Origin: Candidatus Poseidoniales archaeon
GTDB taxonomy: Archaea > Thermoplasmatota > Poseidoniia > Poseidoniales > Thalassarchaeaceae
Direction of reading: 5' to 3'
DNA: 64,000 nucleotides
Assembly (NCBI GenBank): GCA_012959435.1
Contig: DUDF01000116.1
Span: forward strand, 5,366-69,365
Below the pieces are notes generated by a model. It was given only the letters and a program-made list of their open reading frames with translations. It did no database searches and had not been told where the DNA came from. Positions within the stretch are counted from its first letter, which is position 1; the number at the start of each line of letters is the position of its first letter. The position numbers and the translations under genes were made by a program. Below, piece after piece: positions 27,242-36,000 of this stretch.

Positions 27242-30200
27242 TTACTGATTTGCAAAGGACTTAGCAGCTTCTTCCAATTCTTTACCATTGAGATAATTAT
27301 TACCATCTTTATCAAACTCAATTGCATGAGACATAAATGCTGCTTTGTCTGTGATATCATGTGCTTGCATCACTGAATCAACGACTGAATCTGAAAAATT
27401 GTATTGTGCTGCTGGGTGGTTTGCTGGAAGTTTCGCATCAACTTGAGGACTATCTAGGACATCAGTTCGTACCGCTGGTTGCGTAACCACCTCAGCACTA
27501 ACTGGACTGGTTTGTGGCACCTCTCCCTCACCTTGCTCAGCACGCCAAGTATCCACTTGCCATTGTGTCCATCCCTGAGCAATTAGCATCTCATCGGACC
27601 AACCCGAATAATCGGTCTCGAGACTAGGTGAATCAGTTGTTGGCTCAGATACTACTGAACTATCTGCGGTATTCTCAACAGGTTGCACGAAGCCATCAGG
27701 TGGAAGAGGTGTGGCATTCGGGTCAAACCCTGGTGGAGGTGGAGGTGGCGCATCAACATCAAACCCAGGAGGTGGAGGTGGTGAATCCATGGCTTCAACC
27801 ACTTCTAACACCTGTTCAGCAGGGTCTAATTCAAGGCCCTCATTTGATAACTGTCTGTTCATTGTTATCAACACAACAATTGCAATTAGTGCCACAATTA
27901 GCGCAATGTAAAGTAAAACAGTACCTGTTTGTTCAGTAAACTGTTGTGAAATAGCAGCACCATCACGAGCTACTGCAGGCTGGATTATCAATGGGTCAAG
28001 AGACATACGATCAAGAATGACATGGTTGTCTTTTACTATCAGTCGATAGCGCTCAACAGTCTCTTCATCAACCTTTGACGTCTGGATTGAAATCACGGAA
28101 GAGAAATTCCCATTGGCTCGTAATAAAGCATCAGTAGAAGCATTGTTGACATTTATCCAATCACCATCCTTGGTCTTTTGTTGCAAGGCAAAAGTAAGAG
28201 TACCCTCTTCACTATTTTCGTTAGCCCCGTCAATTAACAAACTAACGTTCTCACCCGACACAGGTGTAGCATCCGTCCAATAGACATCCAAGTCCATCAG
28301 AGTAACACTAGGGCCTACACGAACAATCCTCCATTGAGTAAGTGGAGTTTGTTCGGTATTATTTTCTGAAACATAGGGGTTCCCCGCAGCGTCTGCCCCA
28401 GTAACCCAAACATCAACCGTGTAGCCAGGGAGAAGTTCAGTAACTCCACCATCGGTTAGGTCAATTACACCAGTCCAGTGGCCATAGCCGTACTGTTCTA
28501 GGAGTGTTCCTAACTCTTGGGAACCTCTAGAAACCTCTGATTCCCCTGCCTTCACCTTGTAGTGTAAGACTGCAGTTCTTTGGGCTATGAATCCATGGTC
28601 ATCACTTGAATTAATGAAAACTGGAATATCTGATGCGTCTGTAATTGCGATATCACCTGATGGACTGATAGCATTAATCACTGGTGAATTACCATCAACT
28701 TCCAACAGGATTCTTGGCTGTTCTTCGCTTTCATCTGCAGCAAGACCCGGTAAATTTTCTAGCCATGCGATCATATCTAAATGTCCACTTCTGACATTGG
28801 GAACTAGAATGTCGCTAGTGAATTCGCCGTCATCTCTTGGCACTGCGCGCCATTCCAATTCAAGATTCCCAATTACGATGTCGAAAGCACCTTCTGGAGC
28901 AGGTGTCTCATCTTCACTGAATAGAATTCTGCCGCTAACTCTGATAACTTGCCCTGCTGCTATGGTCTCCTGTTCATCTCCGCCGTTGTAGAGGTTTCTT
29001 CCAGTCGCTAAATCAATCGCTGTGAAATGACCAGGGGCCATGTCAAAGCGAAGGTCATTATCTAGGCTCCAACGGTCATTACCAAGTCCATTGCGATGTT
29101 CAAAGCAAGCTATATCCTCCCCATCAAGGCAAGGCCAATCAGCGATTTCTATAACTGGAATAAATGTTGTATCGCCATTAGTATCCCAAATTTCGGAGAA
29201 ATGCCAAGTCAATTGGAATTGAATATCTAAATCAAGTGCTGTGTCATTAACGAAGGAGAAAGTGCTGTATAGGTTTGAAACTGCTAAACCATCACCACCT
29301 GACTCAAGATGCATTTTGATTCCACCGTCAGAAAGTTTAGTGAAATTCACCCAAATTGCTGTTTCATTCGCATCAATGTCGCTACCTAGTGCCATCTTGA
29401 TACTTTCAATATCATTCCAGCCATTATTATCCCAAACCCTCAGTTTGGCAATGTATTTTGTACCTGGATGCAACGGTGCTGAATCATCGTGGCCAACAAT
29501 AGTAGAATTACCATCAAGTACTAATTCTGGTTCAAATTCTTCACGGATTTTGTAAGTCACTAAATCAGCATCCCAGTCAGGAAGAGTTTGGGTTGGAAGT
29601 TCACCACATGGTGCATCGTCATCAAGACATACCGGGCCACCTCCCATCGCTAACACGTTTCCTTGTGCATCAGCACCAGACAAGAAGAAGGATACCATCT
29701 CTCCATGATGATTCATTGAATCTGTGATGAGACCTTCAAAAATATTGAGGCCACCGGGTTGTAGTTCTGGAGTTCTGAGTGAAAGTGTAGTGTACTCATT
29801 TTCATCTGGGATCTTATCATAATTCAAATCGTCTTGACCTTGGCGCCAGTAATGTAGAGTGAGTAAGGTTGGTGGGTCGACAGAGTCCTGTACAACTATT
29901 CTTATTGGCTGGTTAGGGCTACCCTTATGCCTCTCAGTACCATCTTCTGGAGTTGCTCCAATCACCAATGGGCTATTTCCATCTAAGACAATTCTTACTG
30001 AGTTAAATTCAGGATTGATATATGTTGAACCATTTTGGAGATTCACCGCTTTTATTCGGAAAAGCATCCCACCCGGTGATGACTCAATTGGCGAGGTGAT
30101 TGTCAATGAGTATTGCCCATGGCTTGGATTTGGCTCAATGTGGAACTGCTTCTCGGGCTCTTCAGGAATCCCATTCATGGATAGATTCTGGCCAGTCAAT

Positions 30201-32815
30201 TCAATACTAAATTGACCCGCATGCGGAGTATAAGTTGTCCCTTCGAACACAATACCTCCTTGGAATGTCATTTGTAGACCGCCTCGCATCCAATCATTAC
30301 CTTCAAGAATTCTTCCAGTTTCATCAGTCACTCCTAATTCAAGCAACACAATATCGTTTTCAACTCGAATATCCATGCCATCTGTTAACCAACCATTCAC
30401 TTGTCGGCCAATGTCATCGTCAACTATTATTTTTGCTTCAACATCCAATTCATCATTCCATTCCCAAGTTGATTCTATCGGGAAAAGTAATGAAAGATAT
30501 CCATTACTATCTGTGGATGATGAGCAGTTTCCAGCATCAAAACGAACTAAATTATCGGTGTTACTCACTAAATCACAAACATTACCACTCTGCCACTGTA
30601 ACACCGAATTATTACGGCCATTAGCCATTAGTTCAACTTGCACCTGAGTAATGCGATCTGCTTCATCACCTTCAGCTACTCTAACTAGTAACACACGAGT
30701 ATCACCATCTGGGACCAATATGTTCCCTTCAATTTCAGCACTGAGAGCACGAGTATTCATACGGTATGTGATATCAAGATTTGAAACTTTGATTCGCCCT
30801 GGTGAGCCAGCCGATAATCCCAGTGTGACGTTTGAAACACCTTCTCCATTGTCAATGATATGACTATTAAATGCACTAACTAGTGCCGCACCACTGATAT
30901 CAATTGGAGAATTCAATAAGCCGGTGCCAATGTATTCGTTGGTATTGTCTGCGCCAATATCAAGTCTAACTGCTGTAGGATATCCTTCTTCGTAATCAAG
31001 AGTAAAGGAATCAAGTAATGGAGTAAGTCCAGAATCTGTGGAGGAAAAACTGACTCGGTACTTTAGAGCAGACCCTTGGGTTTGCAATTCTATCAACTGG
31101 TTATTAGTTGCAGAATGCCAATTACTTCCATTGTCATTGCTAACCTCGACACTGAGTGAAGTACCAAGGGGAATAGTTTCAGTCCATTGTGGTTGCAAAG
31201 TACCTACTTGAGTACCCGTTGGTATCTCCGGAGAGGTCCAAGTACCAGATGTCGCATATGAGGTACCATATTCCATTGATAACCACCATGAAACAGCAGT
31301 TCCACCAACCAATTGTAACTTCCAACGCAAATGGTTTCCCGGATTTGAGAAATGAACTGTTTCATTATTTGTGACTTGGATCCAGTGAGTACCATTATCG
31401 GCACTAACCCAATAATCAACTCTGTCACCTGTTGAGGTCGCTGACCATGAGGTTTCCAAATTTGCCATTATCACGTCATCATTGGTAATAATTGGTTCTG
31501 ATATCCAACTAGCAGTCCCTGGTTGCGCCGAAATTGGATATGCCCATCCAGTCCCATATTCACGATAATATCGTGCAGACCACATGTAGTGGTCAATCAA
31601 GGATATCCTTGAACCATCGTAATAGAGACCAAATCCACGAGCAGTGATAGAACGCTCACCAGTTTGTTTTGCAAGAGTGGTTGATGTACCACTGATTGCA
31701 TAAGCTTCCAATCGGTCTTGATAGTAATTGAATTGACTTCTGAAGAAGAACATGTTGTTGTGAGCTACCAAACCATTTTGCTCACTATAACTAGAAAAGT
31801 AAGAGTATTGTAAATCCGTGTCCCTATCAAAAGAACCATCAGAGTTGAATGTGTAGGGAGTAACGGTGTTCCTTACTGAATGGAGAACCCAAATTAGGTC
31901 ACGACTCCTATCATAGGATATCCCTGTATAGGGACCATAGGAGTTTGAGGAAAGGTCGTAAGTGTTCTCACAAGTCCACACATCTTCGTAGCGAATATCA
32001 AACACCACCATCACTAATTCACTAATTGAGGCAGATTGCCTGTTCAATCCAAGAATACCGTACAACTTCTCGTCATCACCGATTGTCCAATCTCTGAATC
32101 CATAGTATGCGCTCCAAGTTGAGCCTGCGGGAGATGGAATGTTACAATTCCCTTCAACTATCGCGACGCTAGAAGCGGTACTGAGGTTGTTTGGATATGT
32201 CTTCTTCACGACTTGGTTAAGTGTGGTTGAGGCAAATGTCGAAACATAAGTCCAACCGCGGTAGTTGAGAGTTGCGCCTGCACCTTGATTTCCAAATGGC
32301 GAGGTAACTGTTCGCTGAGGATTGAATCTTGTTTCTGAGGCGTTGGATGTATGAGGTTGGCGAATTGAAAAAGAGCCATTATGGTTCCAAGCATTTCCAG
32401 AAGTTGGTGTTTCGTCAACTTGATGGGCTGAAAAATTTAGATCTGAAGATGCCAACCCCAGAGATATAGAGTCGGAACGAGGGTCTGTATCGACGGCATC
32501 TCCCACTACCCAATCTGCTCTAGAGGTTTGTTGAATCTGATTCCAACCGGTTGAAGATGCCCCTGAAAGAGTCATTTCCACAGCTGTAACTTCTGCCCCT
32601 TTTGGTAAAGAAACTTTGATGTTGGTTGCTTTTTGACCACTTTGATAGAGGGCTACCGCTTCAATCGAACCATCTGTAAAGGTGTAGATATGCCTTGAAC
32701 CACCAGATGCTTCAGCAACATCACTGGTGAGGTCCAACAGTGGTGCTAGTGAAGAAAGAATAAACAACAAAACTAGCATTGAGGGAATGTGTCTTCTGTT
32801 TACTTCACCCGGCAT
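27242..32815 (-). CDS. Giant (1857 aa) type I anchored surface protein with Asp-box repeats and a cytoplasmic polyproline/EF-hand tail
   Basis: Signal peptide IPSMLVLLFILSSLAPLLDL. Propeller-like repeats. Two BNR/Asp-box motifs (VSADNGTHW, VSNDNGSNW). A long beta-rich ectodomain, then one TM (VLLYIALIVALIAIVVLITM, 27860..27919) and a 205-aa tail. Confidence 0.85.
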   Translation of the reverse strand: MPGEVNRRHIPSMLVLLFILSSLAPLLDLTSDVAEASGGSRHIYTFTDGSIEAVALYQSGQKATNIKVSLPKGAEVTAVEMTLSGASSTGWNQIQQTSRADWVVGDAVDTDPRSDSISLGLASSDLNFSAHQVDETPTSGNAWNHNGSFSIRQPHTSNASETRFNPQRTVTSPFGNQGAGATLNYRGWTYVSTFASTTLNQVVKKTYPNNLSTASSVAIVEGNCNIPSPAGSTWSAYYGFRDWTIGDDEKLYGILGLNRQSASISELVMVVFDIRYEDVWTCENTYDLSSNSYGPYTGISYDRSRDLIWVLHSVRNTVTPYTFNSDGSFDRDTDLQYSYFSSYSEQNGLVAHNNMFFFRSQFNYYQDRLEAYAISGTSTTLAKQTGERSITARGFGLYYDGSRISLIDHYMWSARYYREYGTGWAYPISAQPGTASWISEPIITNDDVIMANLETSWSATSTGDRVDYWVSADNGTHWIQVTNNETVHFSNPGNHLRWKLQLVGGTAVSWWLSMEYGTSYATSGTWTSPEIPTGTQVGTLQPQWTETIPLGTSLSVEVSNDNGSNWHSATNNQLIELQTQGSALKYRVSFSSTDSGLTPLLDSFTLDYEEGYPTAVRLDIGADNTNEYIGTGLLNSPIDISGAALVSAFNSHIIDNGEGVSNVTLGLSAGSPGRIKVSNLDITYRMNTRALSAEIEGNILVPDGDTRVLLVRVAEGDEADRITQVQVELMANGRNNSVLQWQSGNVCDLVSNTDNLVRFDAGNCSSSTDSNGYLSLLFPIESTWEWNDELDVEAKIIVDDDIGRQVNGWLTDGMDIRVENDIVLLELGVTDETGRILEGNDWMRGGLQMTFQGGIVFEGTTYTPHAGQFSIELTGQNLSMNGIPEEPEKQFHIEPNPSHGQYSLTITSPIESSPGGMLFRIKAVNLQNGSTYINPEFNSVRIVLDGNSPLVIGATPEDGTERHKGSPNQPIRIVVQDSVDPPTLLTLHYWRQGQDDLNYDKIPDENEYTTLSLRTPELQPGGLNIFEGLITDSMNHHGEMVSFFLSGADAQGNVLAMGGGPVCLDDDAPCGELPTQTLPDWDADLVTYKIREEFEPELVLDGNSTIVGHDDSAPLHPGTKYIAKLRVWDNNGWNDIESIKMALGSDIDANETAIWVNFTKLSDGGIKMHLESGGDGLAVSNLYSTFSFVNDTALDLDIQFQLTWHFSEIWDTNGDTTFIPVIEIADWPCLDGEDIACFEHRNGLGNDRWSLDNDLRFDMAPGHFTAIDLATGRNLYNGGDEQETIAAGQVIRVSGRILFSEDETPAPEGAFDIVIGNLELEWRAVPRDDGEFTSDILVPNVRSGHLDMIAWLENLPGLAADESEEQPRILLEVDGNSPVINAISPSGDIAITDASDIPVFINSSDDHGFIAQRTAVLHYKVKAGESEVSRGSQELGTLLEQYGYGHWTGVIDLTDGGVTELLPGYTVDVWVTGADAAGNPYVSENNTEQTPLTQWRIVRVGPSVTLMDLDVYWTDATPVSGENVSLLIDGANENSEEGTLTFALQQKTKDGDWINVNNASTDALLRANGNFSSVISIQTSKVDEETVERYRLIVKDNHVILDRMSLDPLIIQPAVARDGAAISQQFTEQTGTVLLYIALIVALIAIVVLITMNRQLSNEGLELDPAEQVLEVVEAMDSPPPPPGFDVDAPPPPPPGFDPNATPLPPDGFVQPVENTADSSVVSEPTTDSPSLETDYSGWSDEMLIAQGWTQWQVDTWRAEQGEGEVPQTSPVSAEVVTQPAVRTDVLDSPQVDAKLPANHPAAQYNFSDSVVDSVMQAHDITDKAAFMSHAIEFDKDGNNYLNGKELEEAAKSFANQ
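27278..27313 (-). other. EF-hand calcium-binding loop in the cytoplasmic tail of the 1857-aa protein
   Basis: GAT AAA GAT GGT AAT AAT TAT CTC AAT GGT AAA GAA encodes DKDGNNYLNGKE, followed by L. It is flanked by helix-like KAAFMSHAIEF and LEEAAKSF. It satisfies every position of the PROSITE EF-hand loop pattern as I recall it. Confidence 0.7.
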
Positions 32816-32882
32816 AGAGTTCCCTCATCCTATCACAAAATACCCCTACCTATCAATTCTCCCCCATGTGGTCAAATCTGAC

Positions 32883-32899
32883 TCTGGCCTATGGCCAGA
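32883..32899. promoter_or_regulatory. Perfect palindrome TCTGGCC-TAT-GGCCAGA upstream of the 1857-aa gene (candidate operator or hairpin)
   Basis: A 7+7 bp inverted repeat with a 3-nt centre lies 68-84 nt upstream of the ATG at 32815. It shares the core GCCTATGGC with the palindrome at 39972..39986. Confidence 0.2.
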
Positions 32900-32941
32900 T
32901 GTCATTAGCCCTTCCGAATATCATTCCAAGGGTTGTAATAG

Positions 32942-32950
32942 AAATAAAAA
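32942..32950 (-). terminator. Oligo-T tract downstream of the 1910-aa gene (candidate archaeal terminator)
   Basis: The minus strand reads cgTTTTTATTTct about 55 nt after the TGA at 33004..33006. Further T4 runs lie between them. Confidence 0.3.
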
Positions 32951-33003
32951 CGAATCATAGACTACCAAAACTACAGAGCAATCATTTGCAAAATTTAATG
33001 CTT

Positions 33004-36000
33004 TCAACCACTGTTTGTAGTACGGTCATCGTAACGAATTGGAGATGGCCCGTTACCGCGTATTCCATCAAGCATATCATTTTCAATTTCAAACCAATCA
33101 TTGAGCCAATCACCATCGGTATCCCAATTGATTGGATTCGTGCCATCAGCAATCATATCACCGTCATAATCTAACAACCACCAACCATACACATTCTCAC
33201 CTAAGCCAGTGTTTGGCAAATGATATTGGTCTCCGAAAACACGACCCCAGTCCGCCGTCCAATCCCCCTTCACAATAGGTGTGTCATCCGAACCGTTGAT
33301 GGTAAGATAATCATTATCATGGTCGTCAACAATTAAGGCATAGAGTTCGTCTGAAATTTGATTGACCCTAAACATCCTTAGATAGTTCCAATCGTACTCA
33401 TTTGACCTACCCTTTGCCAACAAAGCATTTTGTAACTCCCACCATTCCTGGGGCACGATTTGAATCGGAGGATCTGTACCCGCAATGGTCACAGGAGTTG
33501 CCCGCGCTAATGTTGCAGAGGTGATAGATTGATTTGTCAAGCCGAAGAATTCTTGGAAATTATTGTACGGAGTGTATGTGCATCCTGCATTACTACAATC
33601 CCAATTCCCATCTCTATCAGGGTCTTGGAGTGAATCGGAAGGATCGGTTGGGTCAAAGGTAACCCAAGTCCAGTTTAGAAGTGGCCTCTCAAGGAGACCC
33701 CCATTCTCATGCAAAGGACGCATAGCAACGCTTCCAAGAATTGAATACTGTTCCCACACGACTTCTACCTGCTGATATGATGACCAATTATCATTGGTTT
33801 CATTCCAACCAAATTTCAACTCATACCAATCAGGGAGCATATCCCAATCAGTATCATTGTCTGTGGCGTCACTACCATACTTGAACACCTCTCGGCCATC
33901 AGTCAAATCCCAACTACGATAGTAGTCATCAGTAATCATTGGGTCAAAGGAGTTAGCCACATGAACCATATTGACAGCGTCACCATCAGTATCATTGAGG
34001 TCGGGACGAGTACCATTGTCATACTCCATCCAGTTAGTGAAGAATAGAGGGTTGTTACCGGGCGCGTATTGGTCCTCTATCGCACCAGGTGTGAAAGCGT
34101 GATTAGTCCATCTACCTTGTTCGGCTGGTGTGTCTCCACTAGTCCTGTCAAACCAACCATCCTCGTCCGGGTCATAGTCAACATCAAGCGGGTTAACCGG
34201 ATTTAATGTCCAACGATATTCGTTTACAGGCATCACTTCTTGATAGGCACCATAACAAAATTCCCAACCATCTGGTAATCCATCCATATCGCTGTCCGGG
34301 TGAGTTGGATCAGAGATTCCAAGCAGACTAATGTTGAAATTGTCACTCCATGCGGTATTTATTCTTGCAAGACGTTCAGTACTGGTTACGTCCTTGGAGG
34401 CAAAAATATTGACGATTGCTTGTCTTGCATCTTCCCAATTTAATGAATTCTCACTCATTTGAGCAGCAATAGCATCATCGCCAAAATCAATCAAACCAGA
34501 ACCCGGCGGGAACATATAACGCATTGATTCCTTGCCATAGATTCTTGCTTCGTATTCTCTAAGATTAGTGTAGCGTTCACTCATCTGAATTACGCCATCT
34601 TCATTACAATCATAAGAATCATCATCACTATCAGCATCAATATCGGATTGCGTTAGTGGATTCATTGACCATCGGTTTTCGTCTAAATCCCATTCTGTGA
34701 ACCAATATTCGTACCCATCTATCATACCATCATCATCTGTATCATTATTTGTTGGATCTGTAATACCAATTAGAGTCGCTAATAATGGCCTTGCCACTCC
34801 TGTTGAAACCCATTCCGAATGTTGATCAAGTGCCAAAAATGCGCGGCCAAGTTTGTTGTCAAGAATTGACTGAACTCTGCTAGTGAAGTTTTGAGGTTCG
34901 AGGGCGTATGCCTCTTCCCACATCTTAGGTGCGTCAGGCGGTGCAAGTCCACCGTTGAGAGGATTCTCAAATGTCAAATTTAATTCTTGACGGTCGGTAA
35001 GTGAATCTTGATCACCATCACCCCCACCATCATTTGCGACTAGAGGGTTTAGTGACCAATTAGCAAATGTAGAGTTCCATTGAGTGAATAGTAATTCAAT
35101 CCCATCAAGTAAACCATCGCCATCGCTATCAGCATTATTTGGGTCACATGTAGCGCCACTCATTGTATACTGAGTTGGAGAAACGTATGAACCAAACGAA
35201 GGAGTTCCTACTGCAAGATTCCACGGAGTCAAAATTAGGGTATTACCTAACTTAAACGGATGGTACTGGGGTGATGTCTGATTCTCGTTGGTCTCAGTTA
35301 CATTTGCATCTATGCTGTTATATTCCTCCCAATTAGTCATACCATCACCATCTGGGTCGTTGAAAATATCACTCTCATTGAGAGGGTTCAAAGTCCACAT
35401 GGAATCAAAAGTATCCCAACGCGCAAACCAAACTTCCCAACCGTCAGGCATTCCATCACCATCCGTATCGGCAGACAATGGATTAGCGGAACCACGATCA
35501 GTCAATGGCATACCAGGAACGCTAACTATGGTAGTAACACTAACGGATTCGCCAAACGGTCTTGACGCACTAGACACCCATGTATCATTCCACAACGATG
35601 TAGAAAACCCGTCTGGCAAAGGTGCACCACTTTCAGTGTAGTTGCCAAAAATTTGGTCATCTCGAATATGATATTCCATCCAATTGCTGAATTCTTCTTC
35701 AACTTGGATTACTCCATCATGATTAGCGTCGTATCCATCCCCATCAGGATTTGAAAATGCATCACTACCATTTAGAGGATTGATGCCAATATTGGAGATT
35801 AACCAAGTGCATGAATATCTTGATTCCCAACCATCAGGTAAAGAATCACCATCTGAATCAGGGTTGTTTGGGTCAATCTTTGACCAAGAAGCGGCGGCTT
35901 CTGCTGTCTCACCGAATGCAGGTAATCCATCAGCTAATGCTGCTTGCAACAGTAATTCCCATTGATATTCACACAAATTAGACAGCCCATCGCTATCTGC

